Shown here: positions 1 to 12,727 of the stretch, piece by piece
Position numbering within the stretch: position 1 is the first letter of the stretch
Layout of the letters: every line of letters starts with the position of its first letter
Source of the DNA: Cladosporium halotolerans
Lineage: Eukaryota
Length of the DNA stretch: 64,000 nucleotides
Reading direction: 5' to 3'
Assembly: GCF_011745625.1 (NCBI RefSeq)
Contig: NW_027191489.1
Location: 124,001 to 188,000, forward strand
The notes under the pieces: generated by a model
Told to the model about the DNA's origin: nothing
The model's database searches: none
The model's input: the letters and a program-made list of their open reading frames with translations, nothing else
Translations under genes and position numbers: made by a program

Positions 1-2077
1 GGCGTGGCTTACCTCTCTCTCTGTGCATCTGGCACCACAGACACAACTTCGGAGCCGTACTATGTCGGCTCTAGCTCTGGAGCAACGATCGCCCGTGTCA
101 TCCAGTCGTCCATCTTCCGAGGTGCGGGCAGCCGAGCCGCAAATCATGCGGCACTTCAAGAAGAAAACCGAACAGCACATTCCTCAAGGCCGCTCACACC
201 GCCGCTTTCGACGGAATCAGATCAAACGCCATGCGATTTTCCTGAGCCTGAACAAGCTCGAATGCTGTTCGACATTTTCTTCGAGCGTATCCACACCCGT
301 TGGCCGATCCTGGATCGCGTGGTGTACGAGCGCTCGTTCGAGAAGCAGTATATCCTGGGTGCTTTGACGGTGGTCGAGCGGAGCATATTCCATCTCATCT
401 ATGCGATTACTGCTCGATTCTTGTCTCTGACGAGAAAATTGTGTAGTGTTGACTCTGAGGTAATGTGATCAGCATGGCGATGGAGGGCGCCTGGCTAACA
501 GTATGCAGCGTCACCTTCTCGCCGCCACAGCATCGATGGATTTCATTTTGGAGCAACACAGCCTTGCCACCCTTCAATTCCTGGTCCTTCTAGGGGTTCA
601 CGGCCAGAGATCCCCGTATGGTGCAGGCGCTTGGTCTCAGATCAGATATGCTACTTCTGTCTGCATCGAGATGGGCTTGCACAGAAAGCGAACTCGGATC
701 GCTTCAGTAGAGCAAGCAAGAGATGCTGAGATCCGTCGCCGCGTGTTCTGGGCTTGCTATTGCCTTGACCGTTCTACAAGTATCGTGCTTGGCCGTGCGT
801 TTGCAATTTCTGACAAAGACATTAATGTCGAGGTATGCTACACGCATGTATTCTCATCAGACTCTTGCTAACATCACAAAAAGCTCCCTAGCGCTGGCGG
901 CCAATTTTGGAGCTTGACGCACAAAGAAGCTCGTGACCCGGCAAAGGGGCACTGGTCAAATGTTGAGCCCTTCATTCATATAATCAAGTTGGACCGGATC
1001 AACTCACGGACCCACAAAGCTGTGTTCCGTGTCGACCGGGACATCCTTAGCGGTCCGCCTGAAGAGAAGGCCAAGCTTGATCAGAAGATGGCCACTATCA
1101 GATCTGACCTGGATGAATGGCTGAGCACATGTCCTCAAACCCCCAAAGAAGGCAACAAGATCACCTGGATGTACGACCCGGAAAGCGCCTACCTCGACGC
1201 GCGGGACTTCTACGGGGTGTGAGTACCATTTGCACGAATATCACTTGCCACTAGCTCATAGCTGTGTAGGCAATACCATAAAGCCGTGCTCTTTCTCTTC
1301 ACGACACTTCTTCCGACTCTGGACAAGTCTGACCCGCGCTTCATCACCTGTGCCCACTCCGCCACTGCCGTATGCACAGCGTATAAGAGACTCAACCAAA
1401 ACCGGACACTCACATACACTATGATTTCTCTACATTCAGTCTTCGTTGCTGGCCTTACGCTGGTTTACTGCATCTGGCGTGACCGATTGCTTTTCTCCTA
1501 CGAGACTCTTGAGGCGACAAGAGATTGCTCCCAGTCTCTCACTATTTTCGGCGAGAAGTGGCCAGGCGCAGTCAAATACCGCGACATCTTCGATGCCCTC
1601 TCCGGAAGTGTCCTCAAATCTATCGTCAATCCCGGACCGTCAGTGCCTCATGCTGGAGCATCCTGTCCTGTGGCAGCCAGCAATGCCATAGATCCAACTA
1701 TATCCAGCCGACAATCTCACAGCCAGCGAAGCGGCCAGCATCGAGCAAAACGAGGCTCAATTCCGCATGAAGAACAGACAATGGGCAACACGGTGCCCGA
1801 AGCCGTAAAAGAGGCGTTCATGGAAGTTGACGGGGAAGCGCCCGGCGGATGGCAAGGGTGGCGCATGTGGAACGACATGATGAAGGACGACACGACCCTT
1901 GTCCCAGACCCGGCAACTCGATCAACGGCGAACCCACAACGATCTGATGACCTTACTTGGCATGCGTATGCGGACACTGGCTTTTACGGTGTCGATCCAG
2001 TCCAGAATGCGGCAATGCAGACCAGCAATTACATGATGATGGACGAAAGTCAATGGGACACGGGCAACTTTCGATGA
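1..2077 (+). CDS. Fungal-specific transcription factor (Fungal_trans middle-homology domain), UaY/Ppr1-like; 5'-truncated, so the presumed Zn2Cys6 domain lies outside the window
   Basis: Four exons joined by GT-AG introns at 460-508, 833-883 and ~1219-1269. Motifs EPYYVGSSSG, CIEMGLHR, RRRVFWACYCLDRSTSIVLGRAFAISDKDI, SLHSVFVAGLTLVYCIW. Confidence 0.85.
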
Positions 2078-2289
2078 CAAATGATTCCAATGAAGCTCTA
2101 AGCGAGGTGTTGACTGCTCAGAGTCGATTTGTATACAAGCATACGAACTCACCCGCTTTCCCTAGAGATAACACCAGCAAGATTGCCAATTGATAGGTCC
2201 AGCTACTATTAAGTGCTAGGAGGTGATCAACCAATAACGTCTCTCGTCTACACGATTAACGATCAATGCATTTCCCAACGCTATGCTGA

Positions 2290-3392
2290 CTATGCAAGCT
2301 GGCCCTTCTTGTATGGAAATTGCTCTCTGAACGACTCCGCGATCTGAGTCCTTGTCGCAACCCAAACACCTTCCTTCGCCGAGATGTATTTCACGAAGTC
2401 CTGCAGAGCCTTGAAACGACCTGGTCTGCCAATGATTCGACAGTGTAGGCCGATGGTCATCATCTTCGGCGAGCCCTCTTCACCTTCTTCGTACAACACA
2501 TCAAATGCATTCTTCAGATGGTCATAGAAGCCAGCCGGGTCGCGGAAGCCATTCGCGTTCAGGAACTGAGATTGGTTAGCAGGCGAACTTTGGATCGCGG
2601 AGCAAGGTCCCGGGCCCTCGTCTTACCTTGAAGTCATTGCAGTCGTACGAGTATGGAACCATAAGACAACCCTTCGGATTCTCACTGTCGCGCTCTTGCG
2701 GAAGATCAGTCCAGTAAGGAATATCATCAGCGTAGCAATCGCTAGCCCACAGAAGCTCTTCACCCATCTCCTCATACACAGCGGGAATGAGGGCGCGACT
2801 CTGTGGCGAAGGGCGGCCGTAATACCAGCCTTTAGGCGCGTAGCCAGCCAGTTTCTTCAACGACGTGATGCCATCACGAATGTGCTGCTTCTCAGCCTCG
2901 ACGGACAGGTTCTTGTGGTCGATCCAGCGATACGCGTGCGAAGCAATGTCGTGGCCCTCCTCCACGCAGCGGGTGACGACCTCAGGTTGCTCTTCGCAAG
3001 CGGAGCCGACGGCGTAGAGCGTGAATTTCATCTTGTAGTCGTTGAAGAGCTTAAAGAGTCGCCACCAGCCGCGACGGGAGCCATATTCGAATTCTGACTC
3101 GCCGCTGTAGCTGCGCTCGTTGATGTCGGGCTGGGCGGGATACTCGCGGAGGCTGGTCTCGGAGACACCATCGCCGAGCAGCACTGAGCGTTCTCCACCC
3201 TGGTGAGAATGTTGTTAGCTATATTAGAAGTTTGCGGTGGTTGCCCAGCCTTACTTCCTCGTAGTTAATGACAAACGACACTGCGATCTTGCTATCATTG
3301 GGCCACTTCAGACCCTCCAGTCCCTTCTCGCCGTAGCCTTTGAAGTTTCTGGGGAATCCATAGTCTGGATGCGCGGAGTAGACCTCAGGCAT
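2290..3392 (-). CDS. CE4/polysaccharide-deacetylase-fold hydrolase, PuuE (metal-independent allantoinase)-like
   Basis: Introns 3200-3254 and 2566-2626. Motifs WP..SKIAVSFVINYEEGGE, EYGSRRGWWR, ASHAYRW (E-H-W triad typical of PuuE), YSYDCND, GLHCRIIGRPGR. Confidence 0.88.
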
Positions 3393-3808
3393 GATGGAAG
3401 TTGATGTAAGCTTTGCGAGTAGGTCCTCAAGAACTGTCAATGGGTTGCCAAAGGGTTGGTAGTTTGATGTGCTGCTGTCTGCTAGGTGAATCAGTAGGCG
3501 AGATGATATATACCGCGGTAGCACTCAACCATCCGCGAATGCGGATCTTTAGTCATCGGCAACCTTCAGCCGTTGTATCTGCTGTGTCGCCGGCGAGGTC
3601 GCTCGATACTACCGAGCTCCATCACCCTCGTGGACGTTGTCGGGGCGGCGGCGCAATTGCTGTAACCATGAGGCTTCCTTATCGCGGCGAACAAGATTGT
3701 GTTCGCCGATCCTGCTCGGCCTGATGCATCTCGAGTAGCTGGCGCAGCTACCCTTGTTCGGCACCCCTGTATCGGCATAGGCGATGTATGAGAAGATGCA
3801 ATATCAGA

Positions 3809-3833
3809 CCATCGGAATTATAGATGCCGATGG
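3809..3833. promoter_or_regulatory. Candidate Zn2Cys6 binding site CCATCGG-N11-CCGATGG upstream of the PuuE-like gene
   Basis: Perfect 7-bp inverted arms around an 11-nt AT-rich spacer, about 420 bp upstream of the ATG. Confidence 0.55.
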
Positions 3834-3956
3834 CGCGCAGGTTCATCGCCTTGTGTCAATGCGAGTCATGTTCCTATCTTGAACGAGCGAAATGCATCAC
3901 AGCAATAACGCATAGGCCTGTCTGCGATCATTTCGTTGAGATTCTAGGCTGATGTC

Positions 3957-3981
3957 GATAAGCAAGTGATGTTGAGATAAG
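3957..3981 (+). promoter_or_regulatory. Paired GATAAG (AreA/NIT2-type) sites
   Basis: GATAAG at 3957-3962 and 3976-3981, plus a reverse copy CTTATC at 3678-3683, all upstream of the PuuE-like gene. Confidence 0.35.
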
Positions 3982-4319
3982 CGGGGTTTTAGTGTGGTAC
4001 AAGACGCCATTTGATAGGCGGAGAGATACGCATCTCCCACGTGGGATACCAACACACATGACAGTCATCTTCCTTTGTACGGTCGATGAGCATAACGCGG
4101 ATAGGCGGAAAACATGGAGGGCATGTCAGCCAAGTCTCCACAAGACTGGAGCGTTGAATGGGCATTTCATGGAGAGATGCTGACTACGCCGAGCGTTTGC
4201 CATCAATACAGCGTGTTATATACTTTATGATCATGAGATCTGGACTGTGGATGCTCTCAGATATGTTCTGTTTCGAGCCTTGTGTTTTCCCTTCATCATC
4301 GGGCGTATAGCACATGTTG

Positions 4320-6206
4320 CTACACCTTTTCTCTCTCAACATCATGCGATTTCTGGTCTCCGTCAGAACCAGTCTCAATATCCGAATTCACAATGTCAGT
4401 ACGTCCCTCTTCTTTTCCTTCGGAAGGTTTGGGCGCTTTTAAGCTCGTATTTCCAACCCAGAAGGTCAACACCAGACTCAACCCAGCGCAAACGGTATAG
4501 AAGATAAAGATATAGTGCAAGCCCAGCATGTACACATCCAGCACACGGTCCTTCTGAGCCGGCGAGAGATCGAGGGAGTCGAGCGAATAAGTCGAAGATG
4601 TCAGCTGGGCGATCAGTTCTCCAGAAGCAAAGCTCTCGCCAGCCAAATCGTTGCTGAGGGTGTTGGAAAGAGTCACGCCAGAAATGACAAGTCCGAAAGC
4701 ACCGCCAATTGTGCGGATAAAGTTGCGCAATCCTGTCGTGACAGCTCGATCTTCACTGCGGCTGTTTGCATACATTCCCACAAGGGTAGGTTGTAGAGTG
4801 AACCCGATACCAGCACCCTCTACGATGAGGATGACGATTAGTGGCCCAAGCCCAGTGTCTCGGCCGAAAAGAAGAGTAAGACCGCTTCCCAGTGTCCACA
4901 GCACGAATCCAGCAAGGATACAGTGCATGTAACTGCCGATTCGGGCCATGTACTGGCCACTGACAATCGATCCAAATGAAGTTGTAATGACGACCGGTAA
5001 GATGAGAGCACCAGACACCAGCGGAGAGTACTTTAGGATCGACTGAAAGTATATCGGCAGGTAAAAGAAGTTGCCGAAGTACGCCAATCCAGTCAAGAAG
5101 GACTGCAGGTACAGAGCCCAGCAATGAGGTGCACGGTAAAGTCGGAGAGGCATGATTGGTAGAGCGACCAGCTTCCATTCGTATAGCACGAATAAGAGTG
5201 CTAGCACAACACCCGTGACTGTAGTAGCAATAAAGAAGGCGGAGGACCAAGCGTATGTCACTCCACCTCCAGACAAAGGCACGAGCACGAGAAGAGTCGA
5301 CGCAATGTTCAGCACGACGCCTCCGTAGTCAATCTTTCTCATCTTTTCCACGTAATCGCCGGACCGATGCTTCAGTGGCAGAAAGAATAGAATGACAGCA
5401 GCCGTCGGTAGCGTCATGATGGGTATCATCCAAAACACCCATCTCCAGGTGGCTCCTTCAACAACAGCGCCGCCCAGGAAGGGGCCAACACCATTCGCTA
5501 AAGCAATTACGGCACCAAGCCAGCCTGCACGACAGCATCAGTATTGTCTCTCAGGCCCCCAAAGTCACCGAGCCTTACCCTGGTATTTCCCTCTATTTTG
5601 AAGCGTAGTGATATCGCTGACTATGATCATCACCAAGCTGTTGATACCGCCTCCACCAATGCCAGCGATCGCACGGAGAGCGAACAATTGCTCAGCTGTC
5701 TGCGAGAACCCACAGCCAAGATCTCCAAGAGCCATCAGCGCCAGACATATCAGCAGCAAGTTCTTTCGACCGAATATATCGGATAACCGGCCATTGATGA
5801 GCTGGAACGCCGTAGATGCAATAAGGAAGGATGTACCGATCCAGGAAGTCGCAGTGCCAGTATCTAGATCACCAGCGATGGCCGGCGTCGCCGTTGAGAC
5901 GCTCGTTTGATCTACGAACGAAACAAACAGGCAGACTGATAATGCCGGAATGGCAATCATGAGCCTCCTTGTCGACATAGCATTTCTTTGCCCACCAATA
6001 GACTCCGCGTCGCTGTCATCTTGAGGGTTTTCTTCGGGTACTTGGTGTGTTCTCATAGTATCCCGCTCCTGCGCGGATGCGTCGACGTGCTTCTCACCGG
6101 AGTTGGATAGCGCTCTGGTGACAGGACCGCCAACAGCTGCGCTTTGTTCTGGAGAGCATCCGTTTGCCACGTCTGGTCGCGAAGGAGACTCTTGGGCGAT
6201 CATCAT
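4320..6206 (-). CDS. MFS transporter, 14-TMS (DHA2-type)
   Basis: Intron 5525-5578. Motif A GRLSDIFGRK, DQTSVSTATPAI, GPFLGG and many hydrophobic spans. Confidence 0.9.
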
Positions 6207-6616
6207 CGCGGGGAAATGGCCAGAATGCTAACAGTTCCTGGCAAAGGTGAAATCAACAATGTAGCAGACGCAGAAGGGATCACCCTAGCCACGCGAAAGA
6301 CATTGAACTATGCAAACTATCAGATGGATGCCGAGCATCCGTGAGAGCCATGTCAGAACATCTTCTGTGCTGTTACATCAAAGAAATGGCAATAGGAAGA
6401 GGGGTTCCGGCAAAGGATGATCATTCCGCCCGCCATGCAAGTGCAGGCACGGTGGCCAATATTCGGCTTGTCGGATGCCTGTGACACCGGGACATTTTCG
6501 AGCGAGCCTCATGACGAATGACGGCTCACTAAGATAGGCTACATTGCAATGATCGGAAACTGAGAGATCTGTCTCAAAAGAATAGCAATCCGGCTGTTAC
6601 GTTTGGTGAGAATGTT

Positions 6617-6637
6617 CATCGGGAACTTTTGAGCCGA
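6617..6637. promoter_or_regulatory. Candidate Zn2Cys6 binding site CATCGG-N11-CCGA in the divergent MFS/amidase promoter
   Basis: Sequence catcgg gaacttttgag ccga has the same half-sites and spacing as the site at 3809-3833. Confidence 0.55.
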
Positions 6638-6962
6638 CGATCCTCTCCGAAATTCGGTCGAGTTGTACGCCAGCGTGCAGCTCACCACTTTGTTCAGGTC
6701 CAGGATTATGCCCGATTGCCTATCGCGAAGGTCACTGACGTTATGTAACACGGATTGTGTGTGTACGTGAGATTATACCATGATTACGATGGAACCCCTC
6801 GCGCGACCGAGACAGTACGCTGAGCACAGCGTCTCCACGTTAACAACTCAAGGTTTCCACTCCTAAGTATCCTTGCGAGCCTCGAAACCTGTGTTTCCTA
6901 AAGTATTGTATCATCATAGGGTGTATCAACTCAGGGATCGCAAAAGCCTCTATGCTAGCATC

Positions 6963-8403
6963 ATGAGTTCCGACCTGCACACACTGACGGCGACCGAGGT
7001 GCTGGCCAAAATCAAAGCTGGAGAGGCCACCGTCGAAGACTACGCGCGGTCGCTGTTGAAGCGAATTGACGCGCGAGATGCAAGTGTACAAGCATGGGCT
7101 TATCTTGATCCAGACTACGTGATCGAGCAGGCGAAAGTACTTGATGCTATTCCAACATCTGAGCGGGGGCCTCTACACGGCGTCGCTGTTGCTGTGAAGG
7201 ACGTCATATACACAAAGGGTAAGTAAGATCTTGAATACAGCTTGAGAAAATTGACGCTGACAGCTCCTAAAGGCATGCCAACTCAATTCAACTCTCCGAT
7301 CTACGCCTCGGACGCCCCTGAAGTCGATGCCGGCTCCATCATCGTCCTTCGTAAAGCAGGTGCACTTATCTTCGGCAAAACCACCACGACCGAGTTCGCT
7401 GCCATCACGGATGGGCCGAAAACGAGAAATCCGCATGATCCCAACCGCACCCCTGGCGGCTCTTCTTCAGGCTCTGGTGCCGCCGTAGGAGACTTTCAAG
7501 CTCCCATTGGCCTTGGAACTCAGACCGGTGGCAGCACCATCCGCCCTGGCTCATACAATGGCATTTATGCATTCAAGCCCACCTGGAACTCGATTACTCG
7601 GGAAGGGCAGAAGATCTACTCCCTTATTCTCGACACCCTTGGCCTCTATGCACGCAGTGTCGCTGATCTGGAGCTCCTTGCTGACACTTTCGCCATTCAA
7701 GACGACAGCCCTCCGCCGACCAATTTTGCGGTCCAGGGAGCAAAGTTTGCGGTTATGAAAACCATGGTCTGGCCGAATATTGGCGCAGGAGGCTCTGCCG
7801 CCATGGACAAGGCCGTCTCGCTGCTTCGCTCTTATGGCTCAGAAGTAGAAGAGATCGAACTTCCAGACAATCTTAACAATTTGCCCCAATGGCACGCCAC
7901 AGTCTTGAACTCCGACGGCCGAACTGCATTTCTGCCTGAGTACTCGGTGGCTAAGGAGAAGGTAGCAGAGCAACTTGTTGGCCACGTTGAGAACGTCAGC
8001 AAGATCTCGAGGAAGGCACAGCTCGAGGCGTTCGACAACATTTCGGCAGCGAGACCCGTCGTGGATGAGCTACTGGGTAAGTATGCAGCAGTGCTGACAC
8101 CGAGTGTGCCAGACGAGGCACCGTTGGGTATCGAAAAGACGGGGAGTGCAGCATTCTGCCTGATTTGGACGGTAAGTTGTCTTATGAAAAGCTAGAACCG
8201 AGCAGTGTCTGATCATACTCTTCCAGGCATTGCATACACCAGTGGTCAACATCCCTGGCTTCAAAGGAGAGAATGGCCTGCCAATTGGTCTTTCACTAGT
8301 AGCCCCACGATATCACGACAGAAAGTTGCTAGCTGTGAGCAAGAAGGTCGGTGAGATTTTCGAAGCTGAAGGAGGCTGGAAACGAGATCTGCCGGACGTA
8401 TGA
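6963..8403 (+). CDS. Amidase-signature family enzyme, malonamidase E2-like
   Basis: Introns 7219-7272 and 8172-8226. Motifs GPLHGVAVAVKD (Lys), GKTTTTEFA, PGGSSSGS, GTQTGGS (Ser-cisSer-Lys triad). Confidence 0.9.
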
Positions 8404-8835
8404 TAGAAGCATTCAAACCATCGTATTAGCATTTCTGCTCGAAAGATCTCTCTAGTCTGATGACTCAATGCCCAGAGGAGTTGGAAGGGCGGGTGTTTAC
8501 ACTGAGGAACACTTGGTATACTTGAATCTTGCGTAATCACGGACGGTGTTCAAATACAAAATGTCAGCAAGTGCGCCGATCATGCGCAAAAGTCAGACCG
8601 TAAGTTCAGCCATAGCAGCATTCCAATCCCAGATCCTTCAACAGTAAATATGTCCTACGAGCAGTCCAGCAACAAGACATAAAACGACAAATGATGAGGA
8701 AGACACCGAACTCGTGGAGCAAAAAAAGTTCAAAGCACATCAAACGGTCGTGAACGGGGACGACGATGAAAAGAAATGGCATCTCATTAATTCTGGGAAC
8801 TCCGTCCATTTGTTTTGTTACAGACTTGCATGAGT

Positions 8836-10159
8836 CTACTCAGCGACCCACACAGCGGCCATACCCATGCCGCCACCGACGCACATGCTAGTCACACCAA
8901 CCCGCTTCTGTGTACGCTTGAGTTCGTAGAGCAATGTGGAAACCTGTCTGCTGCCTGTGTTGCCGAGAGGGTGGCCACTGAGAATGGTGTTAGCAGGGTA
9001 AAACTAAGTTACACGTTGTAAAGACTTACAATGCAATAGCGCCACCCTTGGGGTTGATTTTCTCATGAGGAATCTTGAGCTCGTTGGCACACCACAAGCA
9101 CTGGCTGGCGAATGCCTCGTTGATCTCATAGATGTCAATGTCCTCAAGAGAGAGGCCAGCCTTTTCGAGAGCAACGGGGATGGCCTTCCAAGGACCAATG
9201 CCCATGAGGAGAGGCGGAACACCAACGACAGAAGCGGTGACATATTTGCCTAGGATCTTCTGGCCGAGCCTTTCAGCGGTCGAGCGCTTCATGAAGAGCA
9301 CTGCAGAGGCACCATCGGAGATCTGAGAAGCGTTACCGGCGTGGATGGAACCATCCTTCGCGAAAGCAGGCTTGATTTTGCCCAGGCTCTCGACAGTAAC
9401 CTCCCGCACACCGTCGTCCATCGCGACAGTGATCTCCTTCTCCTCATCGGTCTTGGGGTCTGTCCACTTGACCTTAAGTGGCGCAATCTCTTCGTCGAAC
9501 CAACCCTTCTTCTGTGCCTCGCCAGCCTTGCGATAGCTGTTGTACGCGAATTCATCCTGGCTCTTGCGGCTGATGTACCTGTCCTTCGCCATCTGCTCAG
9601 AAAGTGCGCCCATAGGAACCTTGCACTCCGCAGCTTCCTTGTGGTTGTCGAGCAGCTCGCTGAACTCGGTGACAGCCTGAGGGCCATATTGGGTGGACAT
9701 GCTCTCGACGCCTGCGCCGATGCCGACCTCGATGGTGCCGCACTTGATAGCGTTGGCAATGTCAACGCACGCCTGCAAACCAGACGAGCACTGCCTGTTG
9801 AGGGCCTTGACGGCGGTAGAGCTGGGGAATCCAGCGGCGATGGCAGCAGCACGGAACTCAGTGGCACCACCGCCTGGAGCCAGAACATTGCCGACAGCGA
9901 TGTCCTCGACAAGCTTGGGATCGATGCCAGAGCGCTCGATCAAGCTCTTGAAAGCGCCAACAAGCAGGTCGGCGGCAGCCGTGTCCTTGAAGCCTCCACG
10001 GCCGCCCTTGGTAATGGCTGTGCGGAGGGCGGAGGTTACCACGATGTCGTCCGGATGCTTCTCGATCACGCCTGGCCTGCCAGATGCGTTCATGTGGTGA
10101 GCGACCTGCTCAAGGCGGCGCTGCGTGTGCTCATTCTTGCCTGTCGTCTGGGAGGCCAT
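8836..10159 (-). CDS. POT1: Peroxisomal 3-ketoacyl-CoA thiolase
   Basis: Motifs NRQCSSG, NEAF, GGAIAFGHPLG (spliced across intron ~8978-9029), MCVGGGMG. N-terminal PTS2-like RLEQVAHHM. Confidence 0.93.
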
Positions 10160-11034
10160 TATGTCTGTATGGAGGGCTTGCTACGTGTGGCAAGTTTTGA
10201 TATGATACGAATAGTAGTTCAAAAAGAGAAACACAATGTTTAAAGGTCAGAGAGAATCTGAATGTCCTTGTGAGACTCCGGTCACGCGTTCTCGGTGCGC
10301 GGCATGATGTTTCGATGTGCCTCGGCTCGGTGCTGACGGACATGTGATGACGATGACGTCGTTTTTGCCGGCGGGACATGTGAATCTCGCTGCGAACATT
10401 CAGGCAGAGCTCTGAGCGTACATCTGGTTTTAGAAGGCTCGAGGAACCGATAGTGCGAAACATGCACTGAAATCAGAGACATGCTATGGAATGCGATAAA
10501 TTCCGTGTGGACATCCGAATTTCAGAGCTGCACCGGACAACAACATGCTGCAAAGCAATGAGACAGAGAGCAAACGCTCGACTTGGAGTACCAAGGGTTA
10601 GGGTTGGGGTTTGTCTGTAATTCACGTGTGCACTATACAACCGCATACAACATGTAAGATTGCTTCGAATATACTTAGTCTGAATAAGTAATGAATGTTA
10701 TCGAAGCTGTTGAGTACGTATTCCCGAAATTGAGTATGCGTTACTTATCTACTGAAGTTTGCACACGACCGGGTGAATGTCATACTCAAGCAATTCTTCC
10801 GGTATGGGCTTTACATTCGCAACGCCGGATGATTCATAGAGAAGTTTCGGCGAAATTAGGCAAGTGTAAGGTGTTGGAATACACATATTTGGAGCGACAA
10901 CTGCGTTTGAGCCTGCGTGTTGGGGGCTGTAGCCTGGTCCAGATGTCCCATTCTACCATGTTGATCTTGGTTCGTGAATCGTAAGTCACATTGCTATATA
11001 TAGCTACCACTATTTCATCGCAGTACTAACAAAT

Positions 11035-12204
11035 CTACGGAGCCGGGTAAGACAAAGCGAAGAGCTCCTTGATCTCGTCGTAGTCATAGCCCATTGTCAG
11101 AGCAAGCTGCAGAAGAATCCTAGCCTTCTGCGGGTTGTAAAATCCGCTGGCAATAGCATAGCTGTCATCGCTGCTCGGAACGAAGCCATCGGCACTGCGG
11201 TGGCTTGCAACAATAGGAATGCCGGTCGCGTTGTAGACAGCTTCAGCGGCCATGCTCGCCTTCGATGAGAGACCGCCCGCTCCCATTCCCGCCGTGACGA
11301 GACCCTCGGCGCCAGCTTCCACAGATGCGTTGAAAAGTTCCGGAGCCATGTCCTGGTGGGCATACAGAATGTCTACTTGAGCGAGGTCGGTGATGTTCTT
11401 GAGGTCGAAGTAAGTGGCTCCAATGGGCTTGGCGGGCTCGAAGTAGAAGTAAGGAACCTGGTTGATGAAAAAGCCAAGCTGTCCTGCTTCGGTCGAGTAA
11501 AATGTGTCGAGGCTGTTGGCATTGTTCTTGGTAGTGTAGTAGGCAGATCCGATGCGACTATATGGTGTCAGTCTGACTGGTTACATTTAAGATCCAGAAG
11601 AAAAGACTTACTCGTTCAGGGTGATCATAACGCCTCTGTCCTTTGCATTGTCGCTCGATGCCAGTGTAACCGCTTGCAGCAGGTTCAGCGGACCGTCTGC
11701 GCTGAGAGCCGTAGCAGGCCTCATAGCTCCTACGACCACCACAGGCTTTGTGGAGTTGATCACGGACTGCAGGAAGAACGCCGTTTCCTCCATGCTGTCT
11801 GTGCCGTGGGTGACGACGGCACCCGAGACCTCATCCTTGGCCAGCTCCGAGTTGATGCCACGCGCCAGCTCCAGCAAGATGGTCTCATTGATAGAAGGGC
11901 TGCCGACGTTTGAGACCTGATAGCCAACGATGTTGGAGATATTGAGGATCTCAGGAACAGCGTCCACAAGTTGTTGGACTCCAAGGCCTACGGAGTAGCC
12001 TACAGTCTGCGTGTTACTCGTTCCTTGAGAAGCGATAGTGCCACCCGTAGAGAAGATTGTGACATTGGGAAGGGTGCCGTTGATGGGAGTCTGGAGGTCC
12101 TGGCGCGCGAAGAGGTGACTGGGCGCATGGATGCTAGGAGCTTTAATGGGCGATGCTGACACCAGCGCGGCGAAGGGCAAGAGGTGGGAGAGCTCGAGCT
12201 TCAT
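11035..12204 (-). CDS. Secreted L-asparaginase (type II-like)
   Basis: Signal peptide MKLELSHLLPFAALVSA. Motifs TGGTIA, HGTDS, GAMRP, DGPLNL, NPQKARILL. Intron 11558-11611. Confidence 0.92.
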
Positions 12205-12727
12205 TTTATCTGGAGGAACGAGTTTGTGAGCTCGAGAATCCGGATCTTTGGACCTACCATCCTCATCGAGCAAGACGGTTTATATGCTCCATGCGAGTGA
12301 CTAGTTGAGATCCGGTAACGGCCCTGCATTCCGCTCCTTCTTATCTGCCAGAAGGCCAACAATCGGAAGATCCCGCGCACTCCAAAGAAGCATGGTGTAA
12401 AGATTTATGGGTTGATGTGTCTTCAGATTCTCGAGATCTCGGCGACTGATGTCAGACAAGCGCCCGCTATCGGTATAGTTTGGCAGTTATCAGTGGATAT
12501 TTGGGCTGCTGGGGAGCGCCAAGGAGCTATTGCAGCAGCCCGGCCTCGCCAAGCGTGGCATTGCCTGGTTCGCGGGTTGACGTGGGAAAGAGTGCAGGTG
12601 TAGCAATCTTCAGGTCTGCATCATTTCAGTTACATAAGGTAGCGCTCGGCATTTGATTGCGCCGATCCCGGCCTGTAGGTCTAATCGTGCAACACATCGT
12701 ACAGCTCAACAACATCCCCAAGCAATA

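Noticed and set aside
9341..10243. Long antisense or alternative-frame ORFs (also 21555-22589, 28451-29260, 40894-41832, 51861-52838, 54120-54932, 57651-58517, 60892-61848)
   Set aside because: Shadows of GC3-rich real genes, with no domain signal.
10594..10612. Telomere-like agggttagggttggggtt
   Set aside because: Only one perfect TTAGGG unit, compatible with chance.
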